Shown: positions 1 through 9,993, counted from the stretch's first letter. The stretch is 64,000 nucleotides of DNA from Planctomycetota bacterium (GCA_965223265.1 OZ244999.1:5920001-5984000), one strand, 5' to 3'. Made by a program: numbers and translations. Notes: generated by a model from the letters alone, not told the origin.

Positions 1-1
1 C

Positions 2-1603
2 TCCCCCGATGCCGTCGCCATGGGTGTGCTCGTGACGCGCGCCTTCCTCGACGAGGAGGTGAACGGCGTCGCGTTCACGGGCGATCCGCGCAACCACCTC
101 GATCGGCGTTACGTCGTCACCGCACAGGTCGGCGAGCTCAGCGTCGTCAGCCCCGAGCCCGGGGTGCGCAGCGAGCGCAGCCTGCTCGAAATGCGAAACG
201 GGGAAGTCGTTCGCATCATCCGTGATCGCAGCTCATCGGAGGTCGCAGCCGACGCCGTGGTGATGTCGGATGCGCATCTGCACAAACTCGGAGCTCTCAT
301 GGCGCACGTCGACACGACAATGCCGATCAACGTCGGCAACCGCACCCGAGGATCGGTGCTTCTCGATTTCGAATTCAAGGTCGAGCGCGATGGGTCGCTC
401 GCCGTCAAACAAGTACGCCCGTTCCTCGTAGCAAGCGAAGTAGGACCTTCACCATCCTTCACACTTCGCGTCGCTGACGACGTTTCCGCCTGTACGCTCT
501 TCTCGAAGAATGACATCGGACGCCCACCTTCTGCGCTCCTCGCTACCAAGAGCCGCGTCCGACTCCGCGCCGGTGACATCGAACTGCCCAGCGCGATCGA
601 CACCTTTTCGGGAGAACTTTTCGACGAGGTCGTCTTCGGCCCCGAACGCGAGCTCGCTGTTCCCGATGAACCGGGCCGCTTTCGCGTCGTCCGTCTCGCG
701 GATGCTGGGGATCGCACGATCTATCGCTTCACGTTCGAGCAGACGTTTTCTCTCACCGACGGCAGGAGATTCACTCTCCACGTCCGCGACCTTCGATTTC
801 GCGGCCGCGGCGGCGTGGCGATCGATGACGTGCTGCTGCTCGACGACGCCTACGTAGCTGACGGACTCACGATGTCCGCTGAGGTCGACGGTGAACGTGC
901 GCCGACGTACGGCCCGTGCTCTCCCGACCATGACCCGCTTTGGCAAACGGAGATCGCCCTCGACGATGGAGCGAGCATCCGTCTGGTAGAGCGTTACGAC
1001 GCGGCCGTGAGCGCGTTCTCGACGGCGCCCGCCAGCTTGGTGGAGGCGAATCTCCGCAGTGGAAGTGCAGACGTCGTCGTCAAAGATTACTGGCGCCTGG
1101 TGTACACCGCGCGCCTCCACAACAGAAACGTCCGCTACTGGATCGTCCTGGAACCCGCTCTCGAACTTGACGGCATCAGGGAGCCCGTGCACGTGATCGA
1201 CGTGATCGCACCGGAGCCGCTGACCAACTCTGGACCAGAAGTCCACTACTTGGGCGACGACTTCAAGCCGCTCGCCTCGGTCCCCGTGCGCATCTATCGG
1301 CGCACGGAAATCAATCAAGGCACGGAGTTTGAGCGCGGCGACGTCAACGGCGACGGGCGTGTCAATCTTAGCGATGCGATCGCACTCTTGCTGCACCTCT
1401 TTCGCGGCGCGGCAGCGCCCGATTGCCGCAAGTCCGCCGACACGAACGACGACGCGCTCGTCGACCTCGCCGATGCGGTCACTCTCCTCCGGCACCTCTT
1501 CGGCGGCCAGGCCGCCGTGGCGGCGCCGGTGGGTAGCTGCGGGACGGACCCGACGGCGGACACGCTCGGCTGCGCGTCAGCGCCGACTTGTGGAATGCCG
1601 TAG
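2..1603 (+). CDS. 5'-truncated PEP/pyruvate-binding (PPDK_N-like) domain protein with C-terminal dockerin-like domain
   Basis: Frame is open from the window start. MGVLV..AF.DE..NGVAFT and DFEFK......VKQVRP resemble the end of the PEP/pyruvate-binding domain. C-terminal FERGDVNGDGRVNLSDAI..C..SADTNDD...D.ADA..CG.DPT.D.LGC is a dockerin-like tag. Confidence 0.75.
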   Translation, partial: SPDAVAMGVLVTRAFLDEEVNGVAFTGDPRNHLDRRYVVTAQVGELSVVSPEPGVRSERSLLEMRNGEVVRIIRDRSSSEVAADAVVMSDAHLHKLGALMAHVDTTMPINVGNRTRGSVLLDFEFKVERDGSLAVKQVRPFLVASEVGPSPSFTLRVADDVSACTLFSKNDIGRPPSALLATKSRVRLRAGDIELPSAIDTFSGELFDEVVFGPERELAVPDEPGRFRVVRLADAGDRTIYRFTFEQTFSLTDGRRFTLHVRDLRFRGRGGVAIDDVLLLDDAYVADGLTMSAEVDGERAPTYGPCSPDHDPLWQTEIALDDGASIRLVERYDAAVSAFSTAPASLVEANLRSGSADVVVKDYWRLVYTARLHNRNVRYWIVLEPALELDGIREPVHVIDVIAPEPLTNSGPEVHYLGDDFKPLASVPVRIYRRTEINQGTEFERGDVNGDGRVNLSDAIALLLHLFRGAAAPDCRKSADTNDDALVDLADAVTLLRHLFGGQAAVAAPVGSCGTDPTADTLGCASAPTCGMP

Positions 1604-1730
1604 CGCCGTACCTGTTGAACAGGCGAGGGCTGCTGACCATTCGCGGCTGCCGCACCGTTGGCGCTCGTCCGCTGCTGAGGTCACCGGTCACACGTTTGAA
1701 TTCCTAACGGTCTCCGGTAGCATTATTTCG

Positions 1731-1991
1731 ATGAATTCGCTTTCAAGAGACACCCACCCTGAAGCCGAAGCCGTCCAGATTCGGATCTGGCGATCGTGGA
1801 CGCCACAAGAGCGGCTGCAGGCTGGGTGTCAACTGACCGAGTTTCTCCGGCGTCGCGTTCGCCAGGCCATTCGAGAACAGCATCCGAACCTTTCAGACGA
1901 CGAAGTCCGCATCCACTTTCTCCGCCGCGCCTACGGCGATGACCTTGCCGCTCGGGTCGCACAGCATCTCGGCATCTCGATCGATGCTTGA
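1731..1991 (+). CDS. Small helical protein, putative antitoxin or partner of the downstream nucleotidyltransferase
   Basis: 86 aa MNSLSRDTHPEAEAVQIRIWRSWTPQERL.., the 3' part of ORF 1329..1991. Its stop overlaps the next ATG at 1984. Confidence 0.65.
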   Translation: MNSLSRDTHPEAEAVQIRIWRSWTPQERLQAGCQLTEFLRRRVRQAIREQHPNLSDDEVRIHFLRRAYGDDLAARVAQHLGISIDA

Positions 1992-2571
1992 CCCCACCAC
2001 GCGCGACGTCCTGGAACCGGTGATCCGTCTCCTCGACACCTGTGGCATCGACTATTACATCGGCGGATCCCTGGCCAGCATGGCGTACGGTGAACCGAGG
2101 ACCACCATGGATGTGGACCTCGTTGCAGCTCTCAAGGAGTCGGATGCCGCGACAATCCACTCGGAGCTGCGCGAAGATTTCTACATCGACGTTGGACAGA
2201 TTCGAGACGCGATACAACGCAGATCGTGCTTCAATTTGGTCTCTCTCTCGACATCGTTCAAGGTGGACATCTTCGTACGGCAAGAACGCCCCTACAGTTT
2301 GAATGAATTCACCCGCCGAGTGCGCATCAAGGTCGGAGCCGACCCAGATCTGTTCGGTTGGTTCGCTTCGGCGGAGAACATCCTACTCAACAAACTGGAG
2401 TGGTATCGCTTGGGCGGCGAAACGTCCGACCGACAATGGCGCGATGTCGTCGGGATCCTGAAGGTGCAGCTGGACTCGCTCGAGCAGGCCTACCTTTCTG
2501 AGTGGGCTCGAGAACTCGGCGTCGCGGATCTTCTCGAACGAGCCAAGACGGACGCCGGGCTCATCTCCTGA
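1984..2571 (+). CDS. Pol-beta superfamily nucleotidyltransferase-like protein
   Basis: YYIGGSLAS...G.PRTTMDVDLV (GS + DxD) and a later KVDIF third acidic strand. Confidence 0.75.
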   Translation: MLDPTTRDVLEPVIRLLDTCGIDYYIGGSLASMAYGEPRTTMDVDLVAALKESDAATIHSELREDFYIDVGQIRDAIQRRSCFNLVSLSTSFKVDIFVRQERPYSLNEFTRRVRIKVGADPDLFGWFASAENILLNKLEWYRLGGETSDRQWRDVVGILKVQLDSLEQAYLSEWARELGVADLLERAKTDAGLIS

Positions 2572-2670
2572 TGCACTGGCTGTGCGATGGGAAGAAACGT
2601 TTGAACAATGCGCCGGGCTCTCGTCGACGGGGGAGGGAGAACGTCGACAACTGCCCGAGACGATTCGAGC

Positions 2671-5013
2671 TCAGCCGCGGATCAACCATGCCTCCGCGAG
2701 CCGCGACTTGACGCGCCAGTTCAGGTGGCTCTCGTCGAGCTCGTCGAACGTGATTTCGACGACACCATCTTCGCTGAGCATCTGCGGCACAACGAACTCT
2801 TTGATCGCGCCCTCCTCCTTGCCGTAACGCGTCGGCGTGAGGGGCACGCCGTCGGCGCGCGGTTTGGCCTCGCCGAAGCCGGTGAGGCGAAAGGTGTACG
2901 TCGCACCCGGATCGAGTTCCTGGTAGAGCAGCTTGTGAGGCCGCCTCAGAGTCACGAGCCACGCTTGCCGAAGGCGACTGAAGCCGCCGGCGCGTGACCA
3001 AAACGTTGGGTTCGGTCGACGCTGGACGATGGGATGGGCGTTGGGCGCTTCGGGAAAGACAACGCGCGGCGAGCGGCCGACGTGACCGAGATCGTCGTAG
3101 AAGCTCCCTTCTCCCGGGTCCTCCCACGTCGCCAGCTCGCGCAGACGCCGTGCGCGCGCATCGTCCTCGGGCAGAGACGCGATCTTGTCGAGCTCATCCT
3201 CAAGCCACCAGCGATCACTCAAGGGAACGTCGAGATAGTCGAGCACGGCGCCGCGATGTCCCGTCGCCGCGCCGTACTTCTTGACGCTCGATTGGAAACC
3301 GATCGACTTCCAGAGATCCTCGCCGAGCTGGACGATGCGAGCGCGCAGCGACGCCATCTCGTCTGAAGGCTCGTCCGCTCGCTTCAGGATCGAGCGTGCG
3401 GACTCGACCGCCTTGTCGATGGATCCGCGCGCGAGATGTGCAAGAATCGCCTCGTTCGCCTCGGCTTCGAGTGCATTGTCACGGAGAAGACGAAGCCGCG
3501 TGAACTCGTCAAGGTTGGCACGGAGAACAAGCAGCTGCCAGCGCCAACTCTCACCTCGGTTGACGTTACCCGTGACGCCGGAACGCGTGAAGAGATCATT
3601 CCAGCGCCGCGCCACGGTCGACACCCCGCCGTTCAACTCAAGCGGTCCGTCCCAGTTGCGCTCGAGCGCGAGAAGCAGATCGCCGAGCTCCGTGGCGTCT
3701 GCGGCACTGAGAAAGAGCCGCGCGTAGTCGGCCAAGACCGTACGCAGGCTCTGCTCCGGATCCCATGCGAGCTGGCTCCAAACGCTCTTGTTGACGTCGT
3801 CGTGAACACCATCGGAGTAGGCGAGAAAGCCAACGGAATAACGTGCAAATGCATTGTGAATGAACTGCTGAAACCGTGGCCTCACGGTCACCGGCTCGCG
3901 TGTGTGCGTCCGTGCGTAGGCAGGATCCCAATAGGAGACGGGATACTGACAGCGGACGACGTGATTGATGTCGGGGTAGAGTCGCAGACCGTAGTGCTTC
4001 GCCAAACGCGCGCGTGTCTCGGGTATCGGCGGACTGCTTGGCCCAGCGACGAGCCCACCGAGCCAGTCGCGCGGATCGTGCTTCTTCAGCCAGTCGAAAA
4101 CGTAATCGACTTCCTCGGAACCGAAACCCTGCATCGAGAGCCAAATCATAGCGCGCGGATGCGACGCTTTGAGCACCTTTGCGACGTCGGCGAGGTAAGG
4201 CATAACGTCGCGCGGATGGTTGTCGCCCGGATCACCGCCAGGAAAAAATATGTGACTGACGAGCGGACAGGAACGATAGAGCGCCTCGTGCTCAGCGAGC
4301 CCCGCGGCGCGCTTCTCTTTGTCGGTTAAGTCGAACGTCGCTGGAATCCACATCCAAAAATCGAGTCCATACTGCGCACAGATCTCACTCAAGCGTACGT
4401 TCATGGCCTGGCGCGACATGACCATGTGATCGCTCGCGCGGCCGCCTTCGTTCGGAATGTTCTCAATGGCGTTGGCGCCAAAGAGCGCGAGCTCGCGGAT
4501 GTACTGCTCGTACTGCGCGCCGTCCCACTTGTCGTAGCTGTTGGCGCGGTGCCGATAGCCGAGTTGGTGCCCGCGGATCGCGGACTTCGGCGCCGTCTCG
4601 GTCTGTGCCGAGAGTGGCACGTCAAGGCGGCCGCTGCGCCAGTAGCTGCGCCTGAGCAGATGACCAACACCGAACAGGGCACCCCGCGGACTACGCCCAA
4701 CGATCCGAATCGAGGAGTTCGCCGGCGCAACTGAAAGGCGAAAGCCTTCGGATCCCATACCATCCTCGCGCGGCTCAACCCCGATCTCGACCCTCGCGCC
4801 TTTGGCTGGGGACTCCCGCATCACCCGCCAGGTAAGTCCGGTGCGTTTCGCAACCTCTTCAGAAAGAACCCGGGCGGCGTTAGCGGCGACGGGATCGTTC
4901 GATTGCAGCACGATGACGGCGTCGGCCAAAGAAATCGAGTTTTCACTCGCGGCGGACGAGTTAGCAACGAACAAACAGAGACAAAGGAACGAGGAATTGA
5001 GATACGAATTCAT
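2671..5013 (-). CDS. Secreted glycoside hydrolase-like protein (GH20/GH67-type N-terminal domain)
   Basis: Signal peptide from MNSYLNSSFLCLCLFVANSSAA. EGFRL...IRIVG.SPRGALFGVGHLLR and P...IRG motifs are typical of the GH20/GH67 N-terminal domain. Confidence 0.6.
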   Translation of the reverse strand: MNSYLNSSFLCLCLFVANSSAASENSISLADAVIVLQSNDPVAANAARVLSEEVAKRTGLTWRVMRESPAKGARVEIGVEPREDGMGSEGFRLSVAPANSSIRIVGRSPRGALFGVGHLLRRSYWRSGRLDVPLSAQTETAPKSAIRGHQLGYRHRANSYDKWDGAQYEQYIRELALFGANAIENIPNEGGRASDHMVMSRQAMNVRLSEICAQYGLDFWMWIPATFDLTDKEKRAAGLAEHEALYRSCPLVSHIFFPGGDPGDNHPRDVMPYLADVAKVLKASHPRAMIWLSMQGFGSEEVDYVFDWLKKHDPRDWLGGLVAGPSSPPIPETRARLAKHYGLRLYPDINHVVRCQYPVSYWDPAYARTHTREPVTVRPRFQQFIHNAFARYSVGFLAYSDGVHDDVNKSVWSQLAWDPEQSLRTVLADYARLFLSAADATELGDLLLALERNWDGPLELNGGVSTVARRWNDLFTRSGVTGNVNRGESWRWQLLVLRANLDEFTRLRLLRDNALEAEANEAILAHLARGSIDKAVESARSILKRADEPSDEMASLRARIVQLGEDLWKSIGFQSSVKKYGAATGHRGAVLDYLDVPLSDRWWLEDELDKIASLPEDDARARRLRELATWEDPGEGSFYDDLGHVGRSPRVVFPEAPNAHPIVQRRPNPTFWSRAGGFSRLRQAWLVTLRRPHKLLYQELDPGATYTFRLTGFGEAKPRADGVPLTPTRYGKEEGAIKEFVVPQMLSEDGVVEITFDELDESHLNWRVKSRLAEAWLIRG

Positions 5014-5193
5014 GGCAATTCTGGATGTAGACGCGAAACTCTTGGCCAGTTGGTGCGACAAAGTAGACCAACAACAATTCAATTGTGCACGCTGCTCAAC
5101 TGCACTCAAGACTCATCCCAAAGTACTCTTCGCGCGTTCAGCCGACGTACGACGTACCGCGGAGAACGCCGCTAAAAAAGCCAATGCGGAGGA

Positions 5194-6003
5194 CTATGGC
5201 ACTTCGTCAAGCAGCTTGGGCGTTTCTCCGGAAAAGTCTATCCAGGGATTCTTGTTCAGCATGCTAGCTCCCATGACACTTGGTTCTTCATACCGCATAA
5301 CGAAGCTCTTCGGACCGTGAGCGTAGGCGACAACTAAGCCATACTCGCAATCCAAGAATCCGCCATGAGGGCCCAATCCGGGGTAGCTGAGACGCCAACC
5401 TGGACCCTCCAATCCCACATGACCCAGAGTCAACTTGCCGACGACATCATCCGGCAACAAGAAAAACCACGTCCATGGACCGCCTGAGACGATGGTCATG
5501 ACTTCGTCAATTCCAGTGCCGTCATCTGAGCTGTTGACGTGGAGCTTGCCGAACTTGACTTGCAGCTGAGCCTCTACCTGCGGGCTCAAAGCCTTCATGT
5601 CATAGACCTTTGGATACGGCGGCACGCCATCTTCAGACGTCGTCAAATACCCACCGCGGTGGGATTCCGGCTCTCGCCCCGCCTTGCGAATTTCGTCGAG
5701 TAACTGGCCTCGATGCAGAGAGAATAAGGACAGCAGCTCTGCGGTTTCTTCGGAGTTGAGAGCCCTTGCTTTTGATGTCATCAGAATCGGCTTCGACGAT
5801 TCCGGCAAGGGCACCCGACTGACGCGGACCCCGACATGGTGTAAGACTGCATTGACCTTGTCGACGCCGGTTGTGTCTGGTCTACCATCACTGTAGGAGA
5901 GCTTGAGCTGCACCTCCTTGTCGACACTCGCAGTCGTCAAGCACCCAGAGAGGTGCAGAAGTGGTAGAAGGAGCAACGAAACAGTTAGGACGTGTCGGTC
6001 CAT
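5194..6003 (-). CDS. Lipoprotein with acireductone dioxygenase-like cupin domain
   Basis: Lipobox LSGC after a hydrophobic stretch. KF.KLHVN......DEV..IVSG and a later PHGG follow the ARD cupin layout. Confidence 0.55.
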   Translation of the reverse strand: MDRHVLTVSLLLLPLLHLSGCLTTASVDKEVQLKLSYSDGRPDTTGVDKVNAVLHHVGVRVSRVPLPESSKPILMTSKARALNSEETAELLSLFSLHRGQLLDEIRKAGREPESHRGGYLTTSEDGVPPYPKVYDMKALSPQVEAQLQVKFGKLHVNSSDDGTGIDEVMTIVSGGPWTWFFLLPDDVVGKLTLGHVGLEGPGWRLSYPGLGPHGGFLDCEYGLVVAYAHGPKSFVMRYEEPSVMGASMLNKNPWIDFSGETPKLLDEVP

Positions 6004-6263
6004 CGTTCTAAAACTCCCGGAGGGCCTATGGCTCGCGCTTGGCTGGCGGCGCCGGTGATGCAAGTCCGTCGAGCGCGTCGGACGAGGACAAGGAGAATGA
6101 AGCAACTTTTACGATTCGCTAAGATTCCATCATGCGCGCAGTTTACCAGAATCTATCGTAACAAGCCGCCGACCGTTCTCGGAGTCACCGCAGATGATGG
6201 GCTCCTTATTGACCAATCCAATCGTCCGTGAACCGCGACGATCGTAGGAGACCTCAAGAGGCT

Positions 6264-6848
6264 ATGTCAGGCACCAAGAAATCACAACTCCAAGCATTGC
6301 TCGAAGTCGACAACTTTGACACCGATCGTCTGAGTCTTCGCTCAGCGAAGCCAGAAGACGCCTCCGTGGTGCGCCCCATCTACGTAGAGAACGGAGAGCT
6401 TTTTCGACGCATCGGCATCGCGGCAACCCCCGACAGCATGGCACGCGACGTGGTACAAAACGAGACACTCCCGCCCGGAGGTGCTCGGGAGAGGGCTCGG
6501 TCGTTTGTCATCGACGAAAGGGAGCGCCCGGAGGCCGTTGGCGTGCTCGGGTTCTACGTCGGCTATCCGACGGCATCGACTCTCTACATTGGCGCTCTCT
6601 TCCTGCGGCCAGCGTGGCATCGACGAGGGCTCGGTCGAGAAGTCATCGAGGAGATGGAGCGGCGGGCGCGCGAGAGCTCGGTCACCGACATCCGTCTTGC
6701 CATCGACTCGGGTAACTGGAGCGCTTTCCGGTTCTGGGTACGACTCGGCTATGACCGAATCTCCAAGATCGTCGACGTGAGTGAAAGCGCGGCTGACCCG
6801 CCCCGAATCGAGCTCAAAAAGCCCTTGTCGAGCCGAATGGATGCATAG
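6264..6848 (+). CDS. GNAT family N-acetyltransferase
   Basis: LFLRPAWHRRGLGR acetyl-CoA motif and N..A.RFW.RLGY. AAGAGG RBS before ATG 6264. Confidence 0.85.
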   Translation: MSGTKKSQLQALLEVDNFDTDRLSLRSAKPEDASVVRPIYVENGELFRRIGIAATPDSMARDVVQNETLPPGGARERARSFVIDERERPEAVGVLGFYVGYPTASTLYIGALFLRPAWHRRGLGREVIEEMERRARESSVTDIRLAIDSGNWSAFRFWVRLGYDRISKIVDVSESAADPPRIELKKPLSSRMDA

Positions 6849-6878
6849 CATCGCCGTCGAATCGATACCCCCTGCCGT

Positions 6879-7631
6879 TCACTTGCTCTTCGTGCCCACA
6901 ATCAGTGGCTGAAAAAAAAGATCGTCCAGTCGCCGAACGTCTCGATACCCCGCGTCGCGCGCGAGCTCAATGAGCCGGTCCGTTGAGATCGCATAATACT
7001 TCGTTCGCATGACGCGCGTCTTGCACTCCTCGCCGTCGTCCTCAACGAGGTACATGTGGACGTCGTAGATGCAGCCAGAGACGTCCCACACTTGGAAGAC
7101 CAAGTAACGCCTACCGTTTTCGACGCGCAGCCCGTAGGGAATCACTTGGTTTTCGCTCAGATTCATGGACGCATAGTCGCGCACGGAAACGACGAGCCCG
7201 CCCTCGGCGCGAGTGCAGTGGTAGAGCTCCGTGAGCGCCTGAAAGATCTCGTCGTCACTCAGGAGGTGAGGCAAGGAGTTATCGCACGAAATCGCCACGT
7301 CGAACTCGCGCCCATAAAAACGGGAGAGGTCGCGAACGTCCGCGACGGAAAGGTCGATGCGGACGCCTCGCGCGGCAGCTTCACGCTCGGCGCGAGCGAC
7401 AGCGCCCGCCGAGATATCTGTCGCGGTCACCTCGTATCCAATCTGGCTCAGACCGAGCGCCTGCGTACCGATTCCACAGGTCGCGTCAAAAACGCGCTTG
7501 GCTCTCTGTCCCCAGAACTCGCGAACGACCGAGTTCAATTGGCCTGCTTGGCGAGCGATGCTCTGATCCCAGTCTGGGTAAACGAGGTGAAAGTACGGTG
7601 TTAAGGTGTTGTAGAAATCGTCGACAGACAT
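6879..7631 (-). CDS. Class I SAM-dependent methyltransferase (glycine/sarcosine N-methyltransferase-like)
   Basis: VFDATCGIG motif I, TDIS, ADVR, FDVAISCDNSLPHL. Confidence 0.85.
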   Translation of the reverse strand: MSVDDFYNTLTPYFHLVYPDWDQSIARQAGQLNSVVREFWGQRAKRVFDATCGIGTQALGLSQIGYEVTATDISAGAVARAEREAAARGVRIDLSVADVRDLSRFYGREFDVAISCDNSLPHLLSDDEIFQALTELYHCTRAEGGLVVSVRDYASMNLSENQVIPYGLRVENGRRYLVFQVWDVSGCIYDVHMYLVEDDGEECKTRVMRTKYYAISTDRLIELARDAGYRDVRRLDDLFFQPLIVGTKSK

Positions 7632-7656
7632 GCGGTGTTTCTACCCCATCCTACGC

Positions 7657-8537
7657 TCACCCATCCAGCTCGAGCGTTGAGCGCACCAAAGGATCTTCGA
7701 ATACGCGCGCGAGCGTGCGTGCGATGTCGGGTGGATCCAGAAACGGCTGCTGACGCTGCAGCTCGGCGTGCCGCCGGTCGACGTGGACTTCGAGCTCACC
7801 GACGCGGCTCTGTGCCACTTCCCGCACTTGCTGGAGACGAAGTGTAGGTTCTCGGGATCGACGTACCCGGCCTCCATGAACGCCCGCGTCTTCTTGTGAC
7901 AGCGACACGGATTGGCCGCGTTGATCAGACCACACTTCTCGTTCATGAACTGATAGAGGTCTCGGCGGGACCGAGAGAGAAGCTGGCGAAAGTTAGCAGG
8001 AGAGGTCTCGAGAATCTCAGCACCAATCTGGTCCGTGGCACCGAGGAGCTCCCCGAGCACGAAGACGACGCGCTGGCGCCGGTCGAGGCAGAGAAGCATA
8101 CCGGCGAGGCAACCGATCTTCGCCTCTTCAACGAGTAGCGGCACATCGACCGGCACGCTCTTGGGATCTGGAAGGTCTCGATCGGGCGCGCAATCGAGAG
8201 CGTCGCCATACTGGACGAAGGTAAGGCTCTCTGGCTCGATCCGGCCTCGCTTCATGTTGAGCACGTGGTTGGTGACGATGCGGTAAAGCCAAGTGCGGAA
8301 TTGTGATTCGCGGCGAAACGAGTGCAGGCGCGTACAGACTTTGATCAAGACTTCTTGAGTCGCTTCTTCAGCGTCCTGAGGGTGCCACAACATGCGCTGG
8401 GCGATGCTGTAGATCCACCCCTGGTGACGCTTGACGAGTTCTTCAAGGGCTGACTTGCTGCCCTCGGCCGCACGCTGGGCGAGTTCTTCGTCAGAAGTGT
8501 CGGATGTGCTCTGGTCGCTGAACGGGTTGTGCATCAT
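7657..8537 (-). pseudogene. ECF sigma-70 factor with Cys-rich C-terminal extension, apparently frameshifted near 7835
   Basis: Sigma2 (DAEEATQEVLIKV..FRTWLYRI), sigma4 and CGLINAANPCRC. A natural-looking tail (VREVA..HAEL.RQQPFLDPPD) lies in another frame that stops at 7657. Confidence 0.7.
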
Positions 8538-8556
8538 AGGCTACCTCACGTCGAGT

Positions 8557-9923
8557 TTAACGACTCGCCGCACCAAAGTAGCAGGCACACTCCCGTGTGC
8601 CGTCCACTCCTCGCTCCAGCAACGGCACGCGGAGCGTGCCTGCTACTTTGCGTGAGCGTGCACAAGGTTTTCTCGAAAAACAGAAAATCGCCAGCTTAAC
8701 GACTCGCCGCACCAAAGTAGCAGGCACACTCCCGTGTGCCGTCCACTCCTCGCTCCAGCAACGGCACGCGGAGCGTGCCTGCTACTTTGCGTGAGCGTGC
8801 ACAAGGTTTTCTCGAAAAACAGAAAACCGCCAGCTTAACGACTCGCCGCACCAAAGTAGCAGGCACACTCCCGTGTGCCGTCCACTCCTCGCTCCAGCAA
8901 CGGCACGCGGAGCGTGCCTGCTACTTTGCGTGAGCGTGCACAAGGTTTTCTCGAAAAACAGAAAATCGCCAGCTTAACGACTCGCCGCACCAAAGTAGTA
9001 GGCACACTCCCGTGTGCCGTCCACTCCTCGCTCCAGCAACGGCACGCGGAGCGTGCCTGCTACTTTGCGTGAGCGTGCACAAGGTTTTCTCGAAAAACAG
9101 AAAACCGCCAGCTTAACGACTCGCCGCACCAAAGTAGCAGGCACACTCCCGTGTGCCGTCCACTCCTCGCTCCAGCAACGGCACGCGGAGCGTGCCTGCT
9201 ACTTTGCGTGAGCGTGCACAAGGTTTTCTCGAAAAACAGAAAACCGCCAGCTTAACGACTCGCCGCACCAAAGTAGTAGGCACACTCCCGTGTGCCGTCC
9301 ACTCCTCGCTCCAGCAACGGCACGCGGAGCGTGCCTGCTACTTTGCGTGAGCGTGCACAAGGTTTTCTCGAAAAACAGAAAACCGCCAGCTTAACGACTC
9401 GCCGCACCAAAGTAGCAGGCACACTCCCGTGTGCCGTCCACTCCTCGCTCCAGCAACCGCGGAGCGTGCCTGCTACTTTGCGTGAGCGTGCACAAGGTTT
9501 TCTCGAAAAACAGAAAACCGCCAGCTTAACGACTCGCCGCACCAAAGTAGCAGGCGCACTCCCGTGTGCCGTCCACTCCTCGCTCCAGCAACCGCGGAGC
9601 GTGCCTGCTACTTTGCGTGAGCGTGCACAAGGTTTTCTCGAAAAACAGAAAACCGCCAGCTTAACGACTCGCCGCACCAAAGTAGCAGGCACACTCCCGT
9701 GTGCCGTCCACTCCTCGCTCCAGCAACGGCACGCGGAGCGTGCCTGCTACTTTGCGTGAGCGTGCACAAGGTTTTCTCGAAAAACAGAAAACCGCCAGCT
9801 TAACGACTCGCCGCACCAACGTAGTAGGCACACTCCCGTGTGCCGTCCACTCCTCGCTCCAGCAACGGCACGCGGAGCGTGCCTGCTACTTTTGCGGAAC
9901 GGCACGCGGAGCGTGCCTGCTAC
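8557..9923. repeat. Tandem array of 10 units (139 bp; two 135 bp; last partial), each containing an inverted pair of GTAG-type REP palindromes (REPIN/BIME-like)
   Basis: Unit starts (TTAACGACTCG) at 8557, 8696, 8835, 8974, 9113, 9252, 9391, 9526, 9661, 9800. Each holds AAAGTAGCAGGCACACTCCCGTGTGCCGT...ACGGCACGCGGAGCGTGCCTGCTACTTT. An extra REP lies at ~9899-9923. Confidence 0.95.
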
Positions 9924-9993
9924 AAAGTGCTGCTAACGCGCTCCTATTTACGCCGTTGCATTGCATGGATTCTACTGCGCCCGCAGCCGACGA

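Noticed and set aside
1329-1730. Long N-terminal extensions given by the ORF track (also at 5109, 14917, 15062, 24118, 28117, 49984 minus strand)
   Set aside because: Downstream starts with an RBS, signal peptide or family N-terminus fit better, so the features were trimmed.
8557-9923. CRISPR array
   Set aside because: The sequences between palindromes are identical from unit to unit (no unique spacers), the period is 139 bp, and there are no cas genes in the window.
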